DNA of 64,000 nt from Candidatus Levyibacteriota bacterium (GTDB taxonomy: Bacteria > Patescibacteriota > Microgenomatia > Levybacterales > UBA12049): the NCBI GenBank assembly GCA_052034235.1, contig JBPOIT010000009.1:72203-136202 (forward strand), written 5' to 3'. Made by a program: the position numbers and the translations under genes. This document shows positions 37,624 through 47,194 of the stretch, one piece after another. Under the pieces are notes generated by a model, which saw only the letters and a list, made by a program, of their open reading frames with translations, was not told the DNA's origin and ran no database searches. How positions within the stretch are numbered: the stretch's first letter is position 1; every line of letters starts with the position of its first letter.

Positions 37624-38625
37624 TTATAGAATTTGGTTATGTTTACGTAATCTTGCATTATGTGTGCCCACTATTTGCAGATATCTGTTAACTTCCTGCT
37701 CATTATACAACCAAACCTTTTTATTTTCTATCTTATCAATTATTTTTGGTGTGAATCCTAATCCTTCCAATGTTTGTGATACAAACAATAGCAGAGGTTT
37801 AGATCTATTTGTAAAACAGATTTTTTTATAAACATATTCCTTGTTGTTTCCTTTATATTTGTGCAAAAACACTCCACCGTCTGTATCCATAAGACCTCGT
37901 AAACAAGCAATTTTATATTCTTGCATTGAGGAGATCCAATCAGGTACCCCAACTTGCTGTTTTACTTTACTACCTATTTTCAAACCAAGTGTTGTAAGAT
38001 AATGAACTAAAGATACACCATTATAATAAAGAGATACGCCTTTATCATTTTTGTGTTTATGTATCCTTGGACTTTCTCCAAACAATTCTTTTCCAATCTG
38101 GCAAACGAAGAGAATATATTCTCTGTCTGCTTCACTATTTAACGTTATACAAATCTGTCCAGGGGTTAATCCGCCGTCTCCAAGCATAATCCCAATATAT
38201 TCTGCTAACTTGCTGCTATATCCTGAAGGAAGTGTATAACTTTTACAGAATGGTATAATCCCTTTCTCTCTAAGAAGAGCTAGCGCTTTTTTCCCACCCT
38301 TACTTCTTCCTTCTTTAGTCGCTTGACATCCATATTTTTTATATGCTGCAATTCCACCTATTGCATTTGCTTTTTGCTGAGCAGTTTTCCATCTTAGAAT
38401 CAGTACTTCTTTCTCTTCAGGTAAATGAAGATTAAATTTCTCACAGAATATCTCTGCCGCTCTTAGAGACAATGTTAGCTTCTCTTTTTTCCAATCTAGT
38501 AAACTTCGAGGATGAACATCAACCATTTTTGCCAACTGTTGGGTTGTTAAACCACTACTTGTATAAACATCTTTTAAGAAGCTTTTTTGCTGATTTAATT
38601 GGAACTTGACCCTTATATTTTTCAT
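37624..38625 (-). CDS. free-standing LAGLIDADG (DOD-type) endonuclease-like protein with N-terminal HTH
   Basis: LAEYIGIMLGDGGL and CLRGLMDTDGGV motifs; HTH-like GLTTQQLAKMVDVHPRSLLDW. Confidence 0.85.
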   Translation of the reverse strand: MKNIRVKFQLNQQKSFLKDVYTSSGLTTQQLAKMVDVHPRSLLDWKKEKLTLSLRAAEIFCEKFNLHLPEEKEVLILRWKTAQQKANAIGGIAAYKKYGCQATKEGRSKGGKKALALLREKGIIPFCKSYTLPSGYSSKLAEYIGIMLGDGGLTPGQICITLNSEADREYILFVCQIGKELFGESPRIHKHKNDKGVSLYYNGVSLVHYLTTLGLKIGSKVKQQVGVPDWISSMQEYKIACLRGLMDTDGGVFLHKYKGNNKEYVYKKICFTNRSKPLLLFVSQTLEGLGFTPKIIDKIENKKVWLYNEQEVNRYLQIVGTHNARLRKHNQIL

Positions 38626-38735
38626 ATCGGCTACGCAGATCCTCTATAAAACTGATCCTATCAATTTTAACTTCACACTACAATAGGAGATTCATAATTG
38701 AGTATTTTATGCTACAATCAAAAACATCCTAACTT

Positions 38736-38820
38736 GGAGAGGTCGCATAGTGGCCGAGTGCAGAAGTTTACTAAACTTCCGACCTGCAAGGGTCCGCGGG
38801 TTCGAATCCCGCCCTCTCCG
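38736..38820 (+). tRNA. tRNA-Ser(ACT)
   Basis: GGAGAGG/CCTCTCC acceptor, GAAGT-TTACTAA-ACTTC anticodon arm (ACT at 38770-38772), long variable arm, G73; TGCTACAAT promoter at ~38710. Confidence 0.9.
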
Positions 38821-38858
38821 CATCTATTCATGCAAGAGTTTTATGCTACAATATTTAC

Positions 38859-39029
38859 ATGTCCCTCCTCGATTTTCTTTTTCCTAAGCGGTGTGTCCGT
38901 TGCCAAAAAATTGGGTCTTATATTTGTCCTCAGTGTTCTACCTATATTTCTTTTACTGACACAATAATCTGCGTTTCGTGTCAGCGTCCGGCGATTGGTG
39001 GTATTATGCATCCTGATCTTCAATTCTGA
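38859..39029 (+). pseudogene. comF: truncated ComF (N-terminal double zinc ribbon only)
   Basis: Manual translation MSLLDFLFPKRCVRCQKIGSYICPQCSTYISFTDTIICVSCQRPAIGGIMHPDLQF*; no PRTase domain follows. Confidence 0.7.
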
Positions 39030-39286
39030 TAACCTTTCTGCGTTGTAGGATCAGATAATTCAGAGGCATCAGTTGGTGCTTGTGGTAAATGATTAGGAAT
39101 CTCCGTTCCTACTAGCTCTACTAATCGTTTCGGCAAATCAGGGTCAATGTCAGCGATCTCCCTAGTTAATTCACCTATTACTTCAGCTCTGTCTTCCGGA
39201 ATTATTCCTCCATATGAAAAGAGCTTTTCTATTTTCGCTCGTTCAATGCCATTCTCTTCAAGCTTCGTTCTAATATCTCGTGGCAA
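39020..39286 (-). CDS. hypothetical protein or gene remnant
   Basis: 88-aa ORF from TTG, protein-like composition, no ATG start in this frame. Confidence 0.4.
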   Translation of the reverse strand: MPRDIRTKLEENGIERAKIEKLFSYGGIIPEDRAEVIGELTREIADIDPDLPKRLVELVGTEIPNHLPQAPTDASELSDPTTQKGYQN

Positions 39287-39454
39287 ACCCTCATACGTGA
39301 ACGTAGCAGAATCTGTAGTCCACAGAACCTTGCTCTCCTGCTTGCTGTTAAGAGTTGTTTGGGGTATTGTACTTAACGGCTTTTGGTTATGATCGTAGCA
39401 TGGTGGTATTCGTCGGCGGCGAAAAAAATGTGTAGGAATTGTTTGGGAGAGAAA

Positions 39455-42400
39455 TTAGGATTTGGATTTTTCTGCTTTACCTTCTTCTTTTTGGAAGACG
39501 AGGTAGTAGACGACAGGGATGAAAATAAGCATGATTGTTCCTGAGAACAGGAGTCCTGAAATAATTGCACCGCCGAGTCCTCTCCAGAATGGATCTGAAA
39601 GAGTAATTGGGATAAGACCGAGAATTGCGGCGATTGATGTTAACGTAATTGGTTCAAGTCTACTTTCTGCTGCTTCAGCAATTGCCTGACGGAATTCCAT
39701 TTTTTCTTTGAGATTTTGATTGATTTTATCAACGATAAGAATTGAATTTTTAACAACAATACCAAAAAGCGCGAGTACACCGATCAGTGCAGGGAATGAG
39801 AGTGGTGTATGTGTAAGCCCGAAGACAATAAACACTCCTGAGATAGAAAGCGGGATAACAAGCATAACGATAAATGCTTTTCTGAAAGATGAGAATTGCA
39901 AAACCATGGTGACAATAATTAAGAAGAATGATAATAACATTGCTTGCAAAATAGCATTTACCGAGTTTTGATTTTCTTCATTAATGCCTCCTGTTTGCCA
40001 CTCATAACCTTCTGGCAGTGTGAGTGTGTTTGCAAACTGTTCCAGTTTGGCATTTTCTTCGGTCGGAAGGACGCCTTTGGTAACCCCAGCTGAAACTGAA
40101 ATAGTACGTTTGCCGCCTTCTCTTGTGATAAGAGAAGGGTTTGGGCGAAGCTCAAATGAGCCAAGAGCTGAAAGCGGTACTGGTCCGTTTTGCGTTGCGA
40201 TGACGATCGTGCCGGCAGATTGTGCAGTTTGTTGAGTTGTTGCTGTTCTTAGGACTATGTTTTGGCTGTCAGAAGATTCCGCTTGGAGTTTTGCATCTTC
40301 CTTCATCGTAAAACCGCTTGCGTATGTTCTCATGAACAGACCCAATTGATCTTCCGTGACACCAGCTGCGAGCATTTTATCTGTGTCGGGGACAAAAACA
40401 ATTTTACTCGTACCTGCTTTTATCGATTTAGACACATTGGTGACTCCTGATTGTTTTTCTAAAAACTGAACTAATTGGTCAGCATATCTATCAAGAACAG
40501 CAAGATCGTCACCAGATAGTTTAATTTGCAAATCAGATCCTGCTGGTGGCCCGCCGCTTTCTTCAATTACTGAAATCTTGCCGTTAGAATATCCAGCATA
40601 TTTTGCTCTGAAGTTTTCTGCCATATCGATTGAGGAAATAGGTCTTTCATTTTCTGGCGGCAAAAGTACTGTTATAAGAGCTGTATTATCACTTGCTCCA
40701 GAAAACCCTCGCGCTGGATCGATACCGAGACGAGGTGTTGCTGTGACAAATTTTACATGTTCGGTTTTCCGAATATCTTCAAGGAGAACCATCATTTCTT
40801 TGGTCGTTTGTTGCAAGTTTGTTCCTTGCGGGAGTTCTACTGAAATGTATAAATATTCAGAATCACTCTTTGGGAAGAATTCGTTTTTGACAAAACCAAA
40901 CGGTACCAATAAATAAGAGAAAAGTGAAAAGATGACAACTGCAAGTACGGTTTTCCGTCTATTTATTGATTTTGCCAGAATGCGATCAATCAGTGAACGG
41001 TATTTTCTTTCAACAATTGAAAAATTAATCACACCATGATTCACATATTGTGAGAGATTTGCAGAACTTTTTTTTGTGGTTCTCGATTGAATATTTTTCC
41101 TAGCGCGATTAAATAAAATATATCTAACTTGAAAATAGACAAAAAGATTGAGGAGAAAAAGCAGCAACGCTGGAATAAAAAGTGGCCCTTGCGGCATGAT
41201 TGCAAGAAAAATGGCAAAGACAACAGCAACGCCGATCAGTCGGAACAACACCACAACGCGATAGGGAATAGTTGATTTCAAGAGCAGTAGTAAAAGTGGC
41301 AAGGTGACAAAAAGTGCTACACCAAGTGACGCTATGAGTGTACTTGAAACAACAATTGGGATTGCACGTATAAATTCTCCGATAATACCGGTTGAGAGAA
41401 GAAGTGGTACAAAAGCCCAAACTGTTGTTAACGTTGTTGTCAAAATTGGTGTTTTAAAATCACGCCAGACAAGCATTCCAGCTTCAAAAGGAGTAAATTT
41501 GCCTGTGCGGTAATAAGCAGTAACTGCCGAAATGACAACGATCGTATCATCAACTAACAATCCGAGTGATAATAGAAGTGAGAAAAATGCGATGAAACTT
41601 AATGGCACACCAGTGACATTCATAACTAAAAACGTAACAAGAAATGTTAATGGGATAGCAAAGGAGGCGATGACTGCTTGTCTAATGCCAAGGAATAAAA
41701 AGAGTGCGATAAACACTAAGGTGACGGTTATTAAAAAGTCACGAATAAGTTCATAAAACTGTTCGTCAATTTGTTCTCCCGTATTAAGAATAGTTGAAAC
41801 AGTATAGGTGTCACCATATGCTTTGATGACTTCATCAGTCACTTTTTTTGCCTCTTCAACGGGTTTTGTGATGTTTGCAGAACCAGTTTTATAAACATCA
41901 AAACGTATTGTTTCACTCTGTGTTTGTGAGCCTGTTGCGATATATGATGTTGCAGAATCTGGTTTAATACGCTGCTGAATTGTAGCAACATCAGAAAGCA
42001 TGATTGTGGTCATTCCAGTTTTAATTTTGATATTTCGCAGGTCGTTAACAGTTGTGACTGTTGGATCAATGCTCAGACCAAATGAAGATCCGTTTGTTGC
42101 AATTGTCCCGGCAGGGAATGATCCCGTCGCAGTTTTTATGGTTTGTGCGATAACTGCTGGATTTATTCCGTAGAGCGCTATCTTTTCAGGTTCTATTAAA
42201 ATTTGTATTTCTTCATCATCAATGCCAGCGACTTCTACTCTTTCAATACTTGGCAAATCTTCAAGTCGATCTCGAATTGTTTTTGAAAGACGTGTCAGAC
42301 TTAACGAATCTACACTTTTGCTGCTCAGTGCAAATGTCCAAACTGGCTGATTTTCAAAATCAAGTTTTTGCACTCTGGGATTTTCTGCATTTTCCGGAAG

Positions 42401-42805
42401 ATCTGAAATACTATCTACTGCTGACTGCACATCAGCTTTTGCTTTATCGGGACTTACACCAGATTCAAATTCAAGGGTTACGATAGAAACTGAGTCTTGT
42501 GACGTTGACGTTATTGTTTTTACATCAGGCAAATCACTGAGACTGTCTTCAATAGGAATCGTGACAAGAGATTCAATATCATCAGGAGATGCTCCAGGAA
42601 GAGGTGTTGCAATCGTGACAATAGCAATATTAATTTCAGGATTTAAGACGCGGGGTAGACTCAAAAAACTTGTGAGACCTACCATGCAAACAAGAAACAC
42701 AAGAAGTACCACCAACCGAGTATTCCGAAGATATTTCGCAAACGGAGTATTGCTCAGTCGGGGGTCAAATTTGAGTTTCTTAAGATAAGATGTTAGTTCT
42801 GCCAT
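39455..42805 (-). CDS. RND efflux transporter permease (AcrB/SwrC family)
   Basis: PGASPDDIESLVT.PIED, LGLLVDDTIVV, GIVVKNSILIVD, RLEPITLT. Confidence 0.93.
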   Translation of the reverse strand: MAELTSYLKKLKFDPRLSNTPFAKYLRNTRLVVLLVFLVCMVGLTSFLSLPRVLNPEINIAIVTIATPLPGASPDDIESLVTIPIEDSLSDLPDVKTITSTSQDSVSIVTLEFESGVSPDKAKADVQSAVDSISDLPENAENPRVQKLDFENQPVWTFALSSKSVDSLSLTRLSKTIRDRLEDLPSIERVEVAGIDDEEIQILIEPEKIALYGINPAVIAQTIKTATGSFPAGTIATNGSSFGLSIDPTVTTVNDLRNIKIKTGMTTIMLSDVATIQQRIKPDSATSYIATGSQTQSETIRFDVYKTGSANITKPVEEAKKVTDEVIKAYGDTYTVSTILNTGEQIDEQFYELIRDFLITVTLVFIALFLFLGIRQAVIASFAIPLTFLVTFLVMNVTGVPLSFIAFFSLLLSLGLLVDDTIVVISAVTAYYRTGKFTPFEAGMLVWRDFKTPILTTTLTTVWAFVPLLLSTGIIGEFIRAIPIVVSSTLIASLGVALFVTLPLLLLLLKSTIPYRVVVLFRLIGVAVVFAIFLAIMPQGPLFIPALLLFLLNLFVYFQVRYILFNRARKNIQSRTTKKSSANLSQYVNHGVINFSIVERKYRSLIDRILAKSINRRKTVLAVVIFSLFSYLLVPFGFVKNEFFPKSDSEYLYISVELPQGTNLQQTTKEMMVLLEDIRKTEHVKFVTATPRLGIDPARGFSGASDNTALITVLLPPENERPISSIDMAENFRAKYAGYSNGKISVIEESGGPPAGSDLQIKLSGDDLAVLDRYADQLVQFLEKQSGVTNVSKSIKAGTSKIVFVPDTDKMLAAGVTEDQLGLFMRTYASGFTMKEDAKLQAESSDSQNIVLRTATTQQTAQSAGTIVIATQNGPVPLSALGSFELRPNPSLITREGGKRTISVSAGVTKGVLPTEENAKLEQFANTLTLPEGYEWQTGGINEENQNSVNAILQAMLLSFFLIIVTMVLQFSSFRKAFIVMLVIPLSISGVFIVFGLTHTPLSFPALIGVLALFGIVVKNSILIVDKINQNLKEKMEFRQAIAEAAESRLEPITLTSIAAILGLIPITLSDPFWRGLGGAIISGLLFSGTIMLIFIPVVYYLVFQKEEGKAEKSKS

Positions 42806-42872
42806 ATACAATAAAATTCGAATCCCAACCTTCTAAATTGCATTTTTATTTCCAACTGCGGGCTTCGAATTC

Positions 42873-44357
42873 TTAGTTAATTTTCACTTTGTCTCCAGTA
42901 ATGACATTTCTGTTTAGGATGATTTGGTCGCCGCTTTTGAGGCCATTTTCGATCTGCACATAGCCACCGAACACTTCTCCTGGAGTAATAGTTCTGGTTT
43001 CAGCTTTTTCTTTACTTGCAACTAGAACAAAGGCTTTTTCTTTTGTTTGATAAACAGCATCAATTGGGATGAGTGGTGCCGCTGCTGTTGTCTTGGCTTT
43101 GCCAAGTGGTACTTTGATGGAGATGTACTCACCATCAATTACTTTTTCTTGCTGTTCTTCTGGTATATCGTAAAAGACTGAATACTGCTGACCATCAGTT
43201 GCTTGTGTTGAAACATAATAGGGTGTAACGGCAACTGATTTGCCTCCTATCAATAGATGACTTGGTTCTCCCTGACCTATGACTTGTGCGACAGCTTGAG
43301 GGACTGAAAGCACAGCTGTTGATTCGACACTATCTGACGTTATGGTTGCGAGGACGGTGCCAGGATTAACAGCTTGTCCTACTTTTACATTAATTCTTTC
43401 CACAGTTCCTGCAAAAGGACTTGAAGGATACATAAGGGCTTCACTGACATACGCAAGACTTACTTGCAGTCTCGAAACTTCTTTGCCTAAATTGATTGAT
43501 TTTTCTTGTACTTCAAGTTGTTTCAGAGCGATTTCTTTTTGCAGATTACTAAGAAGTGCAGGAGATTTGTCTTCTGCTGATTGGAGATCTGCTGCTCGTT
43601 GAGATGCCCGGAGTTGATTTATGCCGCCTTGTAACTGATTTATTTGACCAGGAAGTTGTTGATAAGCTGTATATGCTGTTTCGTTGGTTGGCGCTGGTGG
43701 ATTTTGTTGAAGTGTTTCGTACTGTTCACGAAGTTTATCAAGCTGGTCTTCGTTTGCATCAATGAGTCCAGTGGTATCATTTACTGATTGTCTGGTGATA
43801 TCTCTTGTTTGCTGTGCCTGACCGGCTGATGCAGTTGCAACATCACGCTGTTTATTTATGAGATCCATTTGCGGACCGTAACTATCAATGGCGTTTTGAT
43901 ATTGTGTTTGAGCAATTTGTCTTTGCACAGATGCTGCATTTCCACCCTGATAATTATTGGCGAGTGAAACAATAAGTTGTCCTTTCGTAACTTCTTGTCC
44001 TTCCTTAACAGGAATATTTTGGACGATACCGCCTGATTGGGCAATTATTTTAACAACGCCTGATTTTTCAACTTTTGCTTGAAATTCTGCTTGCGGACCT
44101 TCTCCGATGCTGTAGACGTTAACATTTTTTGTTATTTGTTGTTCACCTTTTTCTTCAGGCTGTGGTTGCAATAGTCTGCCTGCAATAAGAAAAATGAGAA
44201 GTAGTCCTAGAAGGATGAGAAAACTAGCAAGAGGGCGGCGTTTTATAAAACGCGTACTTTTTGTGTAAGCATTTTTTGAGCCGTTAATAACTCTGTCTTT
44301 AATAACAATCTCGTTCGTATCAGTTGTTATTTTTCTGATCGCTTTTCTTTCTGCCAT
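42873..44357 (-). CDS. RND efflux adaptor (MFP) subunit
   Basis: N-terminal TM, lipoyl halves (VKEGQEVTKGQ; SPFAGTV...VGQAVNPG), coiled coil, GLKSGDQII. Confidence 0.88.
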   Translation of the reverse strand: MAERKAIRKITTDTNEIVIKDRVINGSKNAYTKSTRFIKRRPLASFLILLGLLLIFLIAGRLLQPQPEEKGEQQITKNVNVYSIGEGPQAEFQAKVEKSGVVKIIAQSGGIVQNIPVKEGQEVTKGQLIVSLANNYQGGNAASVQRQIAQTQYQNAIDSYGPQMDLINKQRDVATASAGQAQQTRDITRQSVNDTTGLIDANEDQLDKLREQYETLQQNPPAPTNETAYTAYQQLPGQINQLQGGINQLRASQRAADLQSAEDKSPALLSNLQKEIALKQLEVQEKSINLGKEVSRLQVSLAYVSEALMYPSSPFAGTVERINVKVGQAVNPGTVLATITSDSVESTAVLSVPQAVAQVIGQGEPSHLLIGGKSVAVTPYYVSTQATDGQQYSVFYDIPEEQQEKVIDGEYISIKVPLGKAKTTAAAPLIPIDAVYQTKEKAFVLVASKEKAETRTITPGEVFGGYVQIENGLKSGDQIILNRNVITGDKVKIN

Positions 44358-44484
44358 AAGATAAATGAGGAACAATGCACATGTGGCAGATAATGCAGGT
44401 TAATCCATATGTAGTATATCTCATATAGCCTCAATTGTCAAAGTTTAAGGACTCTTCGGCATAATAGTTTGGTACAATAGAATC

Positions 44485-45501
44485 ATGGTTATTCGTTCCA
44501 TTGAGACTACTGAGAAAAAAGAATACAACGCAGTTGTTGAACATCCTTTGCAAAGTTTTGAATGGGGTGAATTTCGTCAGAAAACGGGAGTCAAAGTAAT
44601 TCGTCGTGGGTTCTTTGAAAACGAAAAACTCGTTTCGGGTTTTCAATTAACAATTCATAAAATTCCCAAAACCCCTTTTACCATTGGATATTTACCAAAA
44701 GGAGAAATGCCGACAAAAGAAGTGATTGAAGAACTGCAGAAAATTGGTAGGGAAGAAAAGTGTCTTTTTATTCAGTTTGAACCGAATATTGAATATAGCA
44801 AAGAGCAAGAAACAAAAATAAAAAATTTGGGATTGATCGATGCTGCGCATCCGTTATTTACCAAATATACATTTGTTTTGGATCTCACGAAGACAGAAGA
44901 CGAGTTATTGCAAAACATGCACCAAAAAGGACGTTATAACATAAAAGTTGCGACAAAACACGACGTAACTGTTATCGAAGATAACACTCAGAAAGCATTT
45001 GAAGCATATTGGCAATTGACCGAAATGACAACAAAGAGGCAGAAGTTTTATGCACATACAAAACAATATCACCTGCAGCAATGGGAAACGTTTGAGCATA
45101 TCGCTAAAAGTAATCAATTATCATCACATTTATTTACAGCTCGTTATGATGGGAAAATAGTAACAACAATGCTCTTTTTTGTGTTTCATGACACACTGTA
45201 TTATCCATACGGAGCATCAAGTAGCGAACATAGAAATGTTATGCACTCTAACCTTACGATGTGGGAAGGTATTCGGTTTGGCAAAAAACTGGGACTTAAA
45301 AAATTTGATATGTGGGGTGCGCTTGGTCCAGATCCAGATCCAAAAGATCCATGGTTTGGGTTCCATAACTTCAAAGAAAAATACGGGCCAAATCATGTTG
45401 AATTTCTTGGCAGTTATGATTTGGTAATATATCCTCTTCTATATCAGGCATATAAAGTAGCTGATAAACTCAGATGGTTCCTTCTTAAATTAAAATCTTA
45501 A
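44485..45501 (+). CDS. FemAB/FemX-like peptidoglycan bridge aminoacyltransferase
   Basis: HPLQSFEWG, LDLTKTEDELL..M..K.RYNI, YPYGASS, FDMWG, FKEKYG. Confidence 0.9.
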   Translation: MVIRSIETTEKKEYNAVVEHPLQSFEWGEFRQKTGVKVIRRGFFENEKLVSGFQLTIHKIPKTPFTIGYLPKGEMPTKEVIEELQKIGREEKCLFIQFEPNIEYSKEQETKIKNLGLIDAAHPLFTKYTFVLDLTKTEDELLQNMHQKGRYNIKVATKHDVTVIEDNTQKAFEAYWQLTEMTTKRQKFYAHTKQYHLQQWETFEHIAKSNQLSSHLFTARYDGKIVTTMLFFVFHDTLYYPYGASSSEHRNVMHSNLTMWEGIRFGKKLGLKKFDMWGALGPDPDPKDPWFGFHNFKEKYGPNHVEFLGSYDLVIYPLLYQAYKVADKLRWFLLKLKS

Positions 45502-46367
45502 GCAAATTTTTGTGGTTTAAAGACAGCGATATATACTGCTACGAAAAGGACAAGTGCTCCAATTAAAAATGTTATCGTTGGGATTTCGTGGTAAAACAAA
45601 AATCCTAAAAGCACTCCGATAAGAGGCTCAACCATCATTACCATGGTGCCTGTGCTTGCAGGAATTGTTGTAAAGCCTTTGTTCATAAGATTGAATGCGG
45701 CAAAGTTAAAAAATCCAAAAAGCAGTAGAAGCAGCCATGGTTCTGAAGTCGTTGGTAGTGTGATAGTTTCAAATCGAAAAGCACCAATACCAGATGTGAG
45801 TACGGCAATCCAGACACTCCAAAGTGTTACTGTCTCAGGTGCGTTGCCGCGTTTTGTCATTATACGAATACAAACAATATATAACGCAACACTTATAGCT
45901 GTTAACACTGCATACATGTTCCCGGTGAAGTATTTTGATGAAGAAAGATCTTGGGGATTAAAAAAGAGAAATACTGCAATAATAAGCAGTCCAAGAGACA
46001 GAATAATATGTCTGGTGAGTTTTTCTTTAAGGAAAAAGTATGCAAGTATCGCAGTGATAATAGGATATGCAGAATTAATAAATAATGTATTTCCTATGGT
46101 TGTGTGATAGACAGCAAGAGTAAAGAAAATAATTTGGAATCCATAACCAGCAACTCCAGTTATAAGCATCAAATAATAATCCTTTTTATGTTTCAGAAGA
46201 AAATGTTTTTTTGTGAGAATAACGAGTAAAAGTGTTAAAAGCCCGGAAACAATCAGACGTAAAAATGTCTGAGTAAACGGTCCGAAATCGGTACTTAAAC
46301 TTCTGACGACAACACTCATTGAGGCATAACTAAGTGAAGCGAGAAGTAAATACGTGTAGCCGTTCAT
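45498..46367 (-). CDS. EamA/DMT family transporter
   Basis: 10 TMs with duplicated EamA motifs (FLKEKL; EPLIGVLLG..FYHE). Confidence 0.88.
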   Translation of the reverse strand: MNGYTYLLLASLSYASMSVVVRSLSTDFGPFTQTFLRLIVSGLLTLLLVILTKKHFLLKHKKDYYLMLITGVAGYGFQIIFFTLAVYHTTIGNTLFINSAYPIITAILAYFFLKEKLTRHIILSLGLLIIAVFLFFNPQDLSSSKYFTGNMYAVLTAISVALYIVCIRIMTKRGNAPETVTLWSVWIAVLTSGIGAFRFETITLPTTSEPWLLLLLFGFFNFAAFNLMNKGFTTIPASTGTMVMMVEPLIGVLLGFLFYHEIPTITFLIGALVLFVAVYIAVFKPQKFA

Positions 46368-46368
46368 G

Positions 46369-46899
46369 TTATTCCTTTTTCCTTTGTGGAATTTGGTAGA
46401 CGTAGACTTCATTCATTTGATCATCTGCAATGAGTGGTAGGTCTAATTTATAGACAAAGGTTACGATTCTTGTTCCTGGCTGCAGTTCTTTGAGGAGTTT
46501 TGGTTTTAATTTATTCATTGCTTTTGGGACGAGATACATAAAGATAACTGTCGCGTCTGAAATGTTTACGTCAAAAAAGTTTTTCCTCTCGATTTTTATA
46601 TCTGTTGAAACACCATTTAACATGACGGCAAGACGAGAAATAATAACCCGCAGCGGGTCAATTTCAACTCCTACTCCTCGGGCGCCTTTTAATTTCGCTG
46701 CAGTGATAAGGGCAGTTCCGTCACCTGAACCCAAGTCATAAATAACATCGTCTCTTGTTATTTTTGCAAGATTGATCATAACTTTTGCCGTTTTAGCTGA
46801 CGTTCTCCACCAGGGCGACCACGGACTATCGGGCGGCCAAATCATTGAAATGATAAAAAGTAGGATTGCGACTGGAATTAAAATAAGAAGTATAACCAT
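46369..46899 (-). CDS. membrane-anchored class I SAM-dependent methyltransferase
   Basis: IYDLGSGDG, GVEIDP, ATVIFMYL, ELQPGTRIVT. Confidence 0.88.
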   Translation of the reverse strand: MVILLILIPVAILLFIISMIWPPDSPWSPWWRTSAKTAKVMINLAKITRDDVIYDLGSGDGTALITAAKLKGARGVGVEIDPLRVIISRLAVMLNGVSTDIKIERKNFFDVNISDATVIFMYLVPKAMNKLKPKLLKELQPGTRIVTFVYKLDLPLIADDQMNEVYVYQIPQRKKE

Positions 46900-47190
46900 T
46901 TAGTATGCGATGACCTTTCCAAGTATTTGATCTCTTCCAATCATACCAAATTTCCTACTGTCTGTACTGTCTGATTGATTATCTCCCGCAACAAAATAAT
47001 TATTATGATTCATTTTTGTAATTCTTTTAATGAGAATCTTTTCCTCAACAGGACTTTCTATGGCAATGATGTCATTTATTTTTGGAGTGCGAAGAAGATA
47101 CGGGATTGCACTGACAATGACTGTTTGGTTTTCTTTTATTGTCGGTTCCATACTGTGTCCGTTGATTACAAAACGAGAGAGGATAATCAT
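46900..47190 (-). CDS. sodX: nickel superoxide dismutase maturation protease (S26 family)
   Basis: GHSMEPT, LIKRI, GDNQSDSTDSRKFG; directly downstream of sodN. Confidence 0.88.
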   Translation of the reverse strand: MIILSRFVINGHSMEPTIKENQTVIVSAIPYLLRTPKINDIIAIESPVEEKILIKRITKMNHNNYFVAGDNQSDSTDSRKFGMIGRDQILGKVIAY

Positions 47191-47194
47191 GAAG

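Noticed and set aside
36335-37658. N-terminal extensions MNKSSNIVPS / MAKSSNIVPS and the 37658 start, which look like a shared leader peptide
   Set aside because: They are translations of the DNA repeat or the tRNA; better starts follow the TATAAT boxes at 36334, 36716 and 37493
37532-38820. LAGLIDADG ORF as part of a tRNA intron or an intein
   Set aside because: Both flanking tRNAs are complete and on opposite strands; the ORF lacks intein splice-junction residues and a host protein
38736-38820. Suppressor, Sec or Pyl tRNA (CTA/TCA) reading of the loop
   Set aside because: The 5-bp stem GAAGT/ACTTC fixes a 7-nt loop TTACTAA whose central triplet is ACT; the acceptor stem is a normal 7 bp
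42815-42872. aattcgaa...ttcgaatt inverted repeat with T-loop-like ttcgaatccc between the RND genes
   Set aside because: No cloverleaf or match to the cassette repeat; too short to call
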